From a virus (Duplodnaviria > Caudoviricetes), in IMG/VR virus record IMGVR_UViG_3300030397_000910, positions 1 through 32,115 of that record: a stretch of 32,115 nucleotides of DNA. One strand, given 5' to 3'. The position numbers were made by a program, and so were the translations under genes. Under the pieces are notes generated by a model. The model saw nothing but the letters and a program-made list of their open reading frames with translations, made no database searches and was not told where the DNA came from. Within the stretch, counting starts at the first letter, position 1. Each line of letters begins with the position of its first letter. This document shows, one piece after another, positions 1 through 7,573 of this stretch.

Positions 1-1704
1 AAGATTCGCTTCTTTCAGCATCATTTCCCAAATTGCTTGAAGGCTAAACAATGGCTCTTCTCCATCTGGTGTTGGTCGAGTGAGTGGCTCCATGAGTGGA
101 TATAACTCTGTAAGTGTTCGCATTCGCAACCCACGTGAGAGCGGAAGACTTGATCCTGGAACAACAATCACTTCGAAATCCCCACGAACAAGCTCAGGTG
201 TAATCTCCTGCCACTCTGGCATCTTTGACTTCCCTTCAATTTGAACTGTTCGCTGCTGCTCAATCTTCTTTCCAGTCTTTGAGTCGATTTGGAATACTGG
301 TCTTCGGTAGTACTGCTGAATTGTTGCTACAACAAGTCGCCCCAATCGCTTCATTCCAAGCGCCTCTAGTCCTCGTAGTTTCTGTCGAATGCGCTTCAAC
401 GCAGACTCTTTCAACAACTGAATCTCACCAAGTGTTGCCTGTGTGCTTGCCTGTGCACCAAGAAGTTGTCGGTTGATGCCTGTTGCATCTTCAACATCCT
501 TCCTGAGCATCTCAATCTGGTTGAAGGTATCCCCACCAAGGCTTGGCATATTAATCGGAACAAATTGTCCGCCTCGTTCAATATGAAGAATCTTGCCTGG
601 TTCTGGATATAGCTCTGCCTCATCGAAGTGCTGGTCTGTGACAAACATCTGGTGCATTGAGAGGTGGTGGTTGTCGAGCATCATGCGTCGCAACAACTTC
701 ATTTCCTCGTGGTAGTGCTGAATCACCTCACACTCTCCAATACCGTAAAACTCATCAGGAACAATCACATCCAAGCACCGGAAGTATGGGAGCTCCTTGT
801 GGTCATATGGGATTGGCTCATCAAATATTAGGACACCGTTAGCAACAACAACGTGTCGGTCCATTGGCTTATTCCAGTACTCCAACACCTCAACAAGGTT
901 CTCTGCCTCATTGCGCTTATCTTCTTGCCCTGCTGTTGATGCAGTCTCTCCAGCAACCATCCCCATTCGCCCACCTGCTTTTACACGAGGAAGTTCTGGC
1001 TCAAACGTATCTCCACCAGGAGTAACCTTGTCTACATTTGGCCAATGCTGATAGATTCGTCGGAACTCGTGGATGTCATAGATGTGTCGCTCAATACAGT
1101 CACGTGCATCCTCGAACCCTGTGGCTGCCTCATCTACAAAAAAGTTGCGGATATTGATGTGTTCAAACTTCACATCATCATAGTCCACAATCAGCTTCTC
1201 CTTGTATTTCTTTGTTTCTTTCCCAGTCTTTGGGTCAATCTTGTAGTCAACAATATCTCGAACAGTACGGAAGTCTTTGTGGTACTTCACCTTTCCAATA
1301 CTGGTTCCGTATACCAATAAGTCATGAATCAGCTTGTAGTACTCAAAATCCCCCTGAGACTTATCCCATACATGCTCTGTAATGTTCTCGAGAATCTCTT
1401 GGTTCTGCTCAAAGTCGATGTTCTTTGCACGAAGCTGGTACTTCACACGCTGATCAATCATCTCTGTTTTTGCCGTCTCGATAACAGAGAATGTCACTGG
1501 AGGATTAATTGTTGACCGATAATCCTCTGTCTCGTCCGTATAAGAAACATAAAGATCATCCCAACGATCCCATCGATTCTCTTCATCTTGTCGCTTCGCA
1601 GACATGCGCTCACGTCGACTATAGATATCTCGTACTATCTTTCGATCTTTTTCGCTCGGGTTGTACAACTCAACCTTCACATCTGGTAATAGTTCTTGTG
1701 CCAT
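1..1704 (-). CDS. Portal protein, N-terminal 568 codons (runs off the window start)
   Basis: Absent from the ORF track because it has no stop in the window. Hand translation from ATG at 1704 (MAQELLPDVKVELYNPSEKDRKIVRDIYSRRERM...) stays open to base 1. It has P22-type portal motifs (LLVYGTSIGKV, VEVLEYW, ELPYF...DEFYGIGECE, DVEDATGI, GDFEVIVVPGS) and lies directly downstream of terL. Confidence 0.9.
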   Translation of the reverse strand, partial: MAQELLPDVKVELYNPSEKDRKIVRDIYSRRERMSAKRQDEENRWDRWDDLYVSYTDETEDYRSTINPPVTFSVIETAKTEMIDQRVKYQLRAKNIDFEQNQEILENITEHVWDKSQGDFEYYKLIHDLLVYGTSIGKVKYHKDFRTVRDIVDYKIDPKTGKETKKYKEKLIVDYDDVKFEHINIRNFFVDEAATGFEDARDCIERHIYDIHEFRRIYQHWPNVDKVTPGGDTFEPELPRVKAGGRMGMVAGETASTAGQEDKRNEAENLVEVLEYWNKPMDRHVVVANGVLIFDEPIPYDHKELPYFRCLDVIVPDEFYGIGECEVIQHYHEEMKLLRRMMLDNHHLSMHQMFVTDQHFDEAELYPEPGKILHIERGGQFVPINMPSLGGDTFNQIEMLRKDVEDATGINRQLLGAQASTQATLGEIQLLKESALKRIRQKLRGLEALGMKRLGRLVVATIQQYYRRPVFQIDSKTGKKIEQQRTVQIEGKSKMPEWQEITPELVRGDFEVIVVPGSSLPLSRGLRMRTLTELYPLMEPLTRPTPDGEEPLFSLQAIWEMMLKEANL

Positions 1705-1718
1705 AAAATCCTGAACAC

Positions 1719-3248
1719 TTATGATAATGGCTTATATTTACGCAGGTTAAGCCGACCTTTTGTTTTAAAGCGCGTGTTATCCACAATATTATCCACAGCA
1801 TACTCAAGTGCCGTACGAAAGTGTGATGTCCAATCATGGATAGGTTTTGTCTTTGCTGATGTTGCTTGGCTTGTTTCTCGCACCTGTGGATATCGTGCGT
1901 TCTGGATTGCCTGACTAAACGTGTCATGACAGCGCTCATGCACAACCATGTTCTTCATCGCAAGTCGTACCTTGCGTATCCTTTCCTCCACTGTACTACG
2001 TTTCCCCAGGTTTATGTACACCCCGTGCTTTTCAAGCTCCTTCTTGATACTTGTCTGGAGCATCGTCTTATCCCCATTGTACGGATCCCCCCAATGCTGT
2101 GGCACCTTCCACTCCTTATGTCGCTCAATCATCTCCATCTCCCTCTCTGTGTATTTATGCACCTGAGACGCACTAGGATGCTGTCTAAGAACGAATGGTG
2201 CGAACCATGATAAATCCCCCGTATTCTTCTCAAGGGCATCTATAACGCGTATGTGCTTTGTGTGTGGATGAATCTGCAGCCAGATAATCGATGTTGGATC
2301 TTGTCCACCTTCTCCAAAGTCCCATGATGTAAACACAGGCAACTCGTCTGTGTAGTCAAACCTCTCATCCCCACCATGCTCGACCTCATCAAATTCTTTG
2401 TAGACCCTCCCTGTAACCGATGCCTCATAACTAATATCCAACTCCTGCGCTATCTCTTCAGCAGTTCTTCTATTCTTTTGCTCATTATACCACTCCTCAT
2501 CCTTCAACGGATGCAACTTCCAGTGCAGCGTATGCACATCAATGTGTGAATCATGCCGTAGTTTTGCAAAAGTGTTGTGCCTACCCTCTGGTGTAGATAC
2601 TGCTATACGACAGGGTGTAGTATCACCAAGCTTTCTCCATGAGCTTTCTCCATGGGGCCAGTATGCAAACTCGTCCAACAATGCCCACTTACGACGACCA
2701 CCCGTACCAAAGAATGCAGTCGGTGCCTCACCAACAATGCTTACCTTTGTTTCTGGGTTTAGCAACTTCATGTAGGTTGCATGCTCTGAAAGCTTAAACC
2801 CCTTGGGAAGAATCCACTTCGGCAACTTCGACACCATGTATCTCATCTTCTCAAAAAGGGAGTCCATGTCTCCTTGTGTGTCTACGTAGTTCTCATTACG
2901 TGATCCAACCTTTCCATCCCATCCCATAAACAACCAGCCCCACAGACCTACAGCAAGAACAACCCATGTGACTCCCATATCACGGGACTTTTCCACAAGC
3001 ATGTCATTGCCAGAATCTATGTGACCAACAAGGCTCTCGACAAGATCCTCCTGAAATTCATATAAAACAAACGGTCTGTGTGGATTCTTTTGTCGAGGGT
3101 CGTATGTGTAACAGAGCAGGTTGATAAACGTTACAGGACTTTTCCGACATAATTCGTATGCCATGTCCTGACTACGCTTGTCTTTACAATTAGCTAAAAA
3201 GGTCGCTCTGTCCTTCAATATGTTTTTTGTTTCCATATCTATATTCAC
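1719..3248 (-). CDS. terL: Terminase large subunit
   Basis: 509 aa with ATPase motifs LYEFQ, KSRDMGVTW, Walker B LLDEFA and STPEG, plus an RNase H-like nuclease half (SWDFG, GDP, HDWTSHFRTALEY). Confidence 0.95.
   Translation of the reverse strand: MNIDMETKNILKDRATFLANCKDKRSQDMAYELCRKSPVTFINLLCYTYDPRQKNPHRPFVLYEFQEDLVESLVGHIDSGNDMLVEKSRDMGVTWVVLAVGLWGWLFMGWDGKVGSRNENYVDTQGDMDSLFEKMRYMVSKLPKWILPKGFKLSEHATYMKLLNPETKVSIVGEAPTAFFGTGGRRKWALLDEFAYWPHGESSWRKLGDTTPCRIAVSTPEGRHNTFAKLRHDSHIDVHTLHWKLHPLKDEEWYNEQKNRRTAEEIAQELDISYEASVTGRVYKEFDEVEHGGDERFDYTDELPVFTSWDFGEGGQDPTSIIWLQIHPHTKHIRVIDALEKNTGDLSWFAPFVLRQHPSASQVHKYTEREMEMIERHKEWKVPQHWGDPYNGDKTMLQTSIKKELEKHGVYINLGKRSTVEERIRKVRLAMKNMVVHERCHDTFSQAIQNARYPQVRETSQATSAKTKPIHDWTSHFRTALEYAVDNIVDNTRFKTKGRLNLRKYKPLS
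1777..1797 (+). promoter_or_regulatory. Tandem perfect DnaA-box consensus (TTATCCACA x2) inside the terL 3' end
   Basis: TTATCCACA at 1777-1785 and 1789-1797. It could be a by-product of the VDNIVDN codons. Confidence 0.35.
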
Positions 3249-3402
3249 TTTCTTCGTCAGTTCCCAGCAAGAATGCTGCTGCTATAACAACGAGAATAAG
3301 CTCAAGGAGTGCGATAACAACTGCATGTAGTGGCACAAAAACTAATGCGAAACCCGTAAACACTATACAAAACGCAACAACCTGCTTAGCTCTGTATTTC
3401 AT
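3190..3402 (-). CDS. Small membrane protein with two hydrophobic segments
   Basis: 70 aa with two hydrophobic stretches, between terS and terL with short overlaps. Confidence 0.6.
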   Translation of the reverse strand: MKYRAKQVVAFCIVFTGFALVFVPLHAVVIALLELILVVIAAAFLLGTDEESEYRYGNKKHIEGQSDLFS

Positions 3403-3811
3403 CTGTTTGTTTTAGCAAATATTCTTCAAGTTCTTCTTGAGACATTCCGCTAAAATCAATCCTTCCCGTATGTTCAGTTCGTTCTGTAGCTTCACCACGT
3501 AACAACTGTATTGTCTTTAAGCTATCTGCAGCAACAGCAGTGAGGTCCCTAAGTGCTAATTCACTATCCTCAATTTCCATCTTCTTCTCAGTAATCTGTC
3601 GTGCCTTAATCGCATTCCGAAATGAAATCTCATAAAGGTCTTCAATGCTCGGTGTCCTTACTGTCCTTACTTCTTTAAGTGCATTATGAGCAGCAGTCTT
3701 TGAAACTCCTGTCTCTTTAGCAACTTTCCTCACACTCTTCTGAGAAGGGTTTTCTAGATACTCTGAAACGATCTCAGCTTTCTTTTCATTTGATGTTTTC
3801 TTTCCTTTCAT
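3386..3811 (-). CDS. terS: Terminase small subunit (N-terminal HTH)
   Basis: HTH (SVRKVAKETGVSKTAAH) and C-terminal QLLRGEATER...MSQEELEE typical of TerS, upstream of terL. ATG 3811 overlaps the upstream TGA (ATGA). Confidence 0.75.
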   Translation of the reverse strand: MKGKKTSNEKKAEIVSEYLENPSQKSVRKVAKETGVSKTAAHNALKEVRTVRTPSIEDLYEISFRNAIKARQITEKKMEIEDSELALRDLTAVAADSLKTIQLLRGEATERTEHTGRIDFSGMSQEELEEYLLKQTDEIQS

Positions 3812-3975
3812 AGTCCTGATACTACGCAACTACTATTACAGGTTGGACAATTTGCTTTGAGTCGGATCCAGTTTGACGTGACCTGTTCTTGCACATCTGT
3901 TGTCTTAAACTTCTCTTCGCAAGCAAAACATTCAAATGTCTTTTTCTTTGTAAGTTTCTGTAGTGTTGTTGTCAT
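3808..3975 (-). CDS. Small zinc-ribbon protein
   Basis: 55 aa from ATG 3975, with CFAC...CPTC. Coupled to both neighbours. Confidence 0.65.
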   Translation of the reverse strand: MTTTLQKLTKKKTFECFACEEKFKTTDVQEQVTSNWIRLKANCPTCNSSCVVSGL

Positions 3976-3976
3976 A

Positions 3977-4669
3977 TTATTCGTGTGACTGTAGGCAACC
4001 GTTTCCTGTAAGTTCGCATGGTGGAAATGATCGGACCACTCCATCCCAATCTGGGAACAGGTGTGCAACACTTACCTCTTTGTTATATACATGTCGCTCA
4101 ACACTTCCATCTTCATTTCTCACCCAGTACAACATTGAGAACTTTGTAATGGGAGGAGTGAGTGGCGTGCTTGCAAACTTTGGCACATTTGCACTATTCC
4201 TTAATGTTCCAACACCATCCTTCGAAGTTGAAACAAGGCGATCACTTGCATAGAAGTACGCATGATCAATACCCTTTGAGCATCGAGCATCAAACGTAAT
4301 GTCCTCCCGTGATACAACATCTACCGTAAAACATGGGACAATTGCTGGTTCTGGTACCGGGGTAGCCGTTGGTGTTGGTTGTGGTGTAATAGTCGGCTTC
4401 GGAGTGGGTATTGTTGTAGGCCTCTTGTCTTTTCTCTTCTTCTCTCTCTTCTCCTTTTTGTCCCTACGTTTCTCTATACGTGTCTTAACCTTCTCCACCT
4501 TCGATAGTTCAGGTGAAGGTGTGAGTGTTGCTCTAACGGCAACCTGTGGCCTCTCAGCTGATTCTACAGCTGGTTTCTTAAACATGCTCTCTATCTTTGT
4601 GGGCGCTTCTCCCTGTGTAATAGGGGTCAGCAAAAGTGGCAGTCCAAGAAGAACAAAAAGCATTTTCAT
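3977..4669 (-). CDS. Secreted or surface protein with signal peptide, basic tract, Pro-Thr linker and PKD-like domain
   Basis: N-terminus MKMLFVLLGLPLLL, a K/R-rich stretch, PTTIPTPKPTITPQPTPTATP, then FTVD...ITFDARCS resembling the start of a PKD/Ig domain. Confidence 0.7.
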   Translation of the reverse strand: MKMLFVLLGLPLLLTPITQGEAPTKIESMFKKPAVESAERPQVAVRATLTPSPELSKVEKVKTRIEKRRDKKEKREKKRKDKRPTTIPTPKPTITPQPTPTATPVPEPAIVPCFTVDVVSREDITFDARCSKGIDHAYFYASDRLVSTSKDGVGTLRNSANVPKFASTPLTPPITKFSMLYWVRNEDGSVERHVYNKEVSVAHLFPDWDGVVRSFPPCELTGNGCLQSHE

Positions 4670-5067
4670 TCTTGTGGTTTATGAATTCTCTTATGTGAGG
4701 CGAGACCTGCTTTACTCTTTGCAAGTTTTCCACAGGTATCGCATTGAAGTGGGTCTCGTGGTCGGATCTCTACACCCTCTTCTGCATCTGATAGATCAAG
4801 CATCATCTCTTCCGTGTTGTCGTTCTCCTCGTATTCTCCGATCTCCATTCCTTGAAAGATCTCTCTCTGTGTGATTGTGAAAAAGGTTGTCTCTTCTGGA
4901 TCTCCTATAACCTTTATTGCTGGCCTACTGTAGTCACTATATAATCTTCCAGACCCGACATTGTCTTTAATCATTCGAGCAATAAAATCCCTCTGCTCTG
5001 CATATTGATACGCAAGAAGTAGTCGTTCTCCCCGCTTTCCTTTTAAAACGATCGCTGGGTATGTCAT
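4666..5067 (-). CDS. Protein with C-terminal C2H2 zinc finger
   Basis: Ends LQCDTCGKLAKSKAGLASHKRIHK (C-x2-C-x12-H-x3-H). ATGA overlaps at both ends. Confidence 0.75.
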   Translation of the reverse strand: MTYPAIVLKGKRGERLLLAYQYAEQRDFIARMIKDNVGSGRLYSDYSRPAIKVIGDPEETTFFTITQREIFQGMEIGEYEENDNTEEMMLDLSDAEEGVEIRPRDPLQCDTCGKLAKSKAGLASHKRIHKPQE

Positions 5068-5192
5068 GCGTCAATATTATATTCTCGCTTCAACTGCTCG
5101 ACATAACTATCAACCTGATCCTTTGTAATCTCTCCAGTAAACAGCGCCTTCTGTACCATGGTGTCGATAAAATCTTTGTCCTTCGAATTCAT
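5064..5192 (-). CDS. Hypothetical 42-aa protein
   Basis: Hand-translated MNSKDKDFIDTMVQKALFTGEITKDQVDSYVEQLKREYNIDA*. Its stop overlaps the next ATG. Confidence 0.6.
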   Translation of the reverse strand: MNSKDKDFIDTMVQKALFTGEITKDQVDSYVEQLKREYNIDA

Positions 5193-5249
5193 GGATTTCT
5201 ATTACTATGTTCTTACTCTATCACACTCACACTAAATGTACATTGTGGA

Positions 5250-5600
5250 CTACTTCAGTGATGTGCCTCGTTTGCCCTTGGGCCATAGCTTCCGTGCACT
5301 CCAGTAACTAGGAGAGAACTTGTCATTGATGACTTTCTTTCCTGACTTATTCTTAATCTTTGAGTGTCGGGCCATAAATGCCTTTCTTTTTGAAGCACTA
5401 GTGTTTTGTTTCGCACTCGATGATCCAAAGTGCACCAACTTAAATTCATTACCCTTCTTCGCTAACACCATTCCCTTTTTACCAGGACGTGTAGACTTTA
5501 CAGGTTTATTGAATCCAGGGAACGATTTTCCCCTATACGTTATCTTTCCCTTTTCTCGTTTAACACTTGATACTTTTGGCATAGGAGAGGTTAATAACAT
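5250..5600 (-). CDS. Basic protein resembling the DUF5754-like viral family
   Basis: Pattern STRPGKKGMV...KLVHFG...KRKAFMARH...KFSPSYWSARKLW. Start is at 5600 or 5582. Confidence 0.7.
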   Translation of the reverse strand: MLLTSPMPKVSSVKREKGKITYRGKSFPGFNKPVKSTRPGKKGMVLAKKGNEFKLVHFGSSSAKQNTSASKRKAFMARHSKIKNKSGKKVINDKFSPSYWSARKLWPKGKRGTSLK

Positions 5601-5604
5601 CTAT

Positions 5605-5635
5605 AGTCATTATACTATACCCATGCAAAGGAAGT
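5605..5635 (-). promoter_or_regulatory. Putative promoter (-10 TATAAT) for the packaging/late transcript
   Basis: Minus-strand gtatagTATAATgac at 5609-5614, just upstream of the first gene of the long minus-strand operon. No correctly spaced -35. Confidence 0.45.
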
Positions 5636-5639
5636 GGGG

Positions 5640-5980
5640 AAGCAATAGAGAAGTATCCCTAGCGTAGGGCTAGAGTTTATATGAAGAGATTCTTTATCAG
5701 GGTCGCGGATTTCCAAGGGAATACTAGGAACCTAGAGCATGGCTCTGCTGTTCTCATGCAAAGTATAGCGGGTATAGCTTTGGCATAGACCTTTCGTGGA
5801 CCCGGTCATCCTGTAATCCACGTGCTGTTACGCATTCGTTCTATGGTATCTGCCTATTGGCAATGACGGTTATCGGGGGTGTCCCGAAGCATCGGTAATA
5901 AAGAACTAACCTGCCCTGCTTCTACCTAGTTCGTAGGCGGCTGTCTTGTGTTGAGGAAGCCTTTGAGAAGAAGCTCCGTA
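5640..5980 (-). ncRNA. Candidate structured non-coding RNA or replication origin
   Basis: About 350 nt without a credible ORF and dense in short inverted repeats (TCGGG/CCCGA, TGCC/GGCA, CGTGGAT/GTCCACG, CAAAG/CTTTG, AGAGC/GCTCT, CCCT/AGGG). Confidence 0.4.
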
Positions 5981-5982
5981 AT

Positions 5983-6084
5983 AAAAAACAACAACTCTGT
6001 TCTTCCTTCTAGCTGTGAACGGCCTTAGCAACCGCGCGGATTGCTCCGCAAAAGAAGGAATAACAAAATTGTTGTTGAGCTAAG
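5983..6084 (-). ncRNA. c4-antisense-like three-stem-junction RNA followed by a U tract
   Basis: A 24-bp closing stem (5987-6010/6053-6076, two of three mismatches are G-U on the minus strand) encloses GCGGA-GCAA-UCCGC (GNRA loop) and CGGUU-GCUAA-GGCCG. GCUAAG in the second hairpin is complementary to CUUAGC just upstream (6079-6084). Confidence 0.6.
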
Positions 6085-6085
6085 A

Positions 6086-6133
6086 TTTTCCACATACTGA
6101 TAATCTCATCTCCACAGAGATTGTCAATCCACA
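6086..6133 (-). promoter_or_regulatory. Putative promoter (TTGACA at 6122-6127) overlapped by three degenerate DnaA-box-like TCCACA repeats
   Basis: TTTTCCACA at 6086, ATCTCCACA at 6108 and CAATCCACA at 6125. Perfect -35 on the minus strand with a weak -10. Confidence 0.4.
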
Positions 6134-6143
6134 AACGAGTAGT

Positions 6144-6161
6144 CCCCTTCCGTAGAAGGGG
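6144..6161 (-). terminator. Stable hairpin closing the microprotein cassette
   Basis: CCCCUUC-UACG-GAAGGGG (cUACGg tetraloop) just after the stop of 6179..6361. No clear U tract. Confidence 0.45.
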
Positions 6162-6178
6162 GAGCGTGAGCGAGTGGC

Positions 6179-6361
6179 CTATTTTCTGGGCCGAGCTTTG
6201 GCCTTTTTCGTTTGCGTTGCTGCTTCAATTGCTTTCTTATCCTCATCGACTGCCTTACATGCGTTACAGATTCCAACTCCTTGTCCAAACTTTGATGGCC
6301 GTTCTTCTACTTTGATGAAGCGATCGCACCATCCACAGAAGATTTTGGTTTGAGGGTACAT
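6179..6361 (-). CDS. Cys4 zinc-binding microprotein C
   Basis: 60 aa, KIFCGWCDRFIK...GICNAC. SD GAAGGAGG-aacc-ATG. Confidence 0.75.
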   Translation of the reverse strand: MYPQTKIFCGWCDRFIKVEERPSKFGQGVGICNACKAVDEDKKAIEAATQTKKAKARPRK

Positions 6362-6522
6362 GGTTCCTCCTTCAGGATGTTGGGAATAAGTCGGACTTCC
6401 AATGTTTCTCCTTGTTCAAACTTGTTCTCACATTTTTTGCAAAGGGATCCTCCATTGAGTGTTGGTGGATACTTCAGCGGGGGATTCACTTCCTTCATGC
6501 AAAATAGGCACAGAATCTTCAT
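6307..6522 (-). CDS. Cys4 zinc-binding microprotein B
   Basis: 71 aa from ATG 6522, MKILCLFCMK...GSLCKKC. Purine-rich GGGAGAAAAGGA upstream. Confidence 0.65.
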   Translation of the reverse strand: MKILCLFCMKEVNPPLKYPPTLNGGSLCKKCENKFEQGETLEVRLIPNILKEEPCTLKPKSSVDGAIASSK

Positions 6523-6694
6523 TCCTTTTCTCCCGTTGTTGTTGGATTCTCTTGTTCCTGCACCATGTACAAGTCTTCTTCTCAAGCCATGGATCCTCTT
6601 CAACAAAGAACATCCGTTGCTGCACGGAGTCTATAGGGTGTTTGCCCATATTTCTCCTACAGTATCGACAAAAAACTTCTCTTGTTTTGTACAT
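6428..6694 (-). CDS. Cys4 zinc-binding microprotein A
   Basis: 88 aa from ATG 6694, EVFCRYCRR...KTCTWC. SD AAAGGAGG-agtt-ATG. Confidence 0.7.
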   Translation of the reverse strand: MYKTREVFCRYCRRNMGKHPIDSVQQRMFFVEEDPWLEKKTCTWCRNKRIQQQREKRNEDSVPILHEGSESPAEVSTNTQWRIPLQKM

Positions 6695-6850
6695 AACTCC
6701 TCCTTTGGTAAAGGGTAGCATATAAAAGTATCCCCTCCGCAGCGACGTGGAGGGGATGGATGATGGATTCTTTGGAAACAACTTAGGAGGGTACCTAAAG
6801 TTATGGAGAATCCAGTTTACGGGGGTCCCGGTAAGGGATGATTATAACTA
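6695..6850 (-). promoter_or_regulatory. TATAAT box and structured 5' leader of microprotein cassette A-C
   Basis: TATAAT near 6841-6846, hairpins GGAUUCU/AGAAUCC (~6764-6812) and AUCCCCUCC/GGAGGGGAU (6730-6757), and a CCUUU/AAAGG stem over the SD. Confidence 0.55.
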
Positions 6851-6858
6851 TGCCACGA

Positions 6859-6990
6859 TCAATCTTTTTTATCAACCCCCTGCATAACCTGCTTGTAGCA
6901 TTTCTCGCACATCCCGTGTGATATTGTATTTGGCTTATCGCTTTCCTTTTTCCTAATAAATTTCTTGCACCAAGAACAAATAACTTTCAC
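6859..6990 (-). CDS. Cys4 zinc-binding microprotein D
   Basis: Hand-translated, 43 aa: MKVICSWCKKFIRKKESDKPNTISHGMCEKCYKQVMQGVDKKD*. SD TAAGGAGG-atac-GTG. Confidence 0.75.
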   Translation of the reverse strand: MKVICSWCKKFIRKKESDKPNTISHGMCEKCYKQVMQGVDKKD

Positions 6991-7077
6991 GTATCCTCCT
7001 TAGAAGCAAAAGCCCCCAGTTACGGAGGCTGCTGCTTTCACGATATGCACATCCTAGTGGCGGAGTATGCGTTGACA

Positions 7078-7215
7078 TTATAACTGTTCTCTGTAGTATT
7101 TCCAGGCTGTACGCACTACTCTTGAGATATTTACCTCACCTAAATCTGTTTCTTTGGCATGTTGTCGCATCTCTTCGTATACCTCGTCTGGAATTGTTAC
7201 TGTTATTCTCTTCAT
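7078..7215 (-). CDS. Ribbon-helix-helix (CopG/Arc/MetJ-like) regulator
   Basis: Hand-translated, 45 aa: MKRITVTIPDEVYEEMRQHAKETDLGEVNISRVVRTAWKYYREQL*. Alternating beta strand, helix, then S-x-V-V-R-x-A helix. First gene left of the divergent promoters. Confidence 0.8.
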   Translation of the reverse strand: MKRITVTIPDEVYEEMRQHAKETDLGEVNISRVVRTAWKYYREQL

Positions 7216-7290
7216 GTTTTTATTTACTTATCCACATCATATATTATATTATTGGTGTTGACAAGGTATTACTCAGTATGCTAGTATTAA
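7216..7290. promoter_or_regulatory. Divergent promoter region with a perfect DnaA box
   Basis: Plus strand TTGACA(7258)-N18-TAGTAT(7282). Minus strand TATAAT near 7243-7248. TTATCCACA at 7228-7236. AT-rich. Confidence 0.65.
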
Positions 7291-7413
7291 GGCAGACAGA
7301 AAGAGAGCGGCAACAATCTACTTACACCGCATCTCAACTGCCTACAAAATATAGTACTAGTCTACTCGATATACGGTAGTCCGGTGCACAAAGACTCTTT
7401 AACAAAAACAAAT

Positions 7414-7569
7414 ATGTTCGAGAAAGCAGTACCTGTAATGTTCCTGGCACTTGTCGGAGTACTATTCTTCGCAGCAGCCATGTGGGCAATACAGAGCAGT
7501 TCACTCCTATCATCAAATTGTAGTGATGGTTGGTGCGATAAGGACGGAATTGTAATCGACTATAAGTAA
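7414..7569 (+). CDS. Small single-pass membrane protein
   Basis: 51 aa from ATG 7414 (after aacaaaaacaaat), with a hydrophobic helix then CSDGWC. Confidence 0.6.
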   Translation: MFEKAVPVMFLALVGVLFFAAAMWAIQSSSLLSSNCSDGWCDKDGIVIDYK

Positions 7570-7573
7570 AACT

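Noticed and set aside
225-1706. Series of short plus-strand ORFs
   Set aside because: They lie antisense to the continuous portal reading frame.
4299-4874. 191-aa hydrophobic plus-strand ORF
   Set aside because: Mirror of the Pro-Thr and Lys-rich codons of the minus-strand gene.
7072-7099. Plus-strand TTGACA-N16-TAGTAT and minus-strand TATAAT at the RHH stop
   Set aside because: The spacing is suboptimal and the TATAAT coincides with the Leu-stop codons, so it cannot be distinguished from chance.
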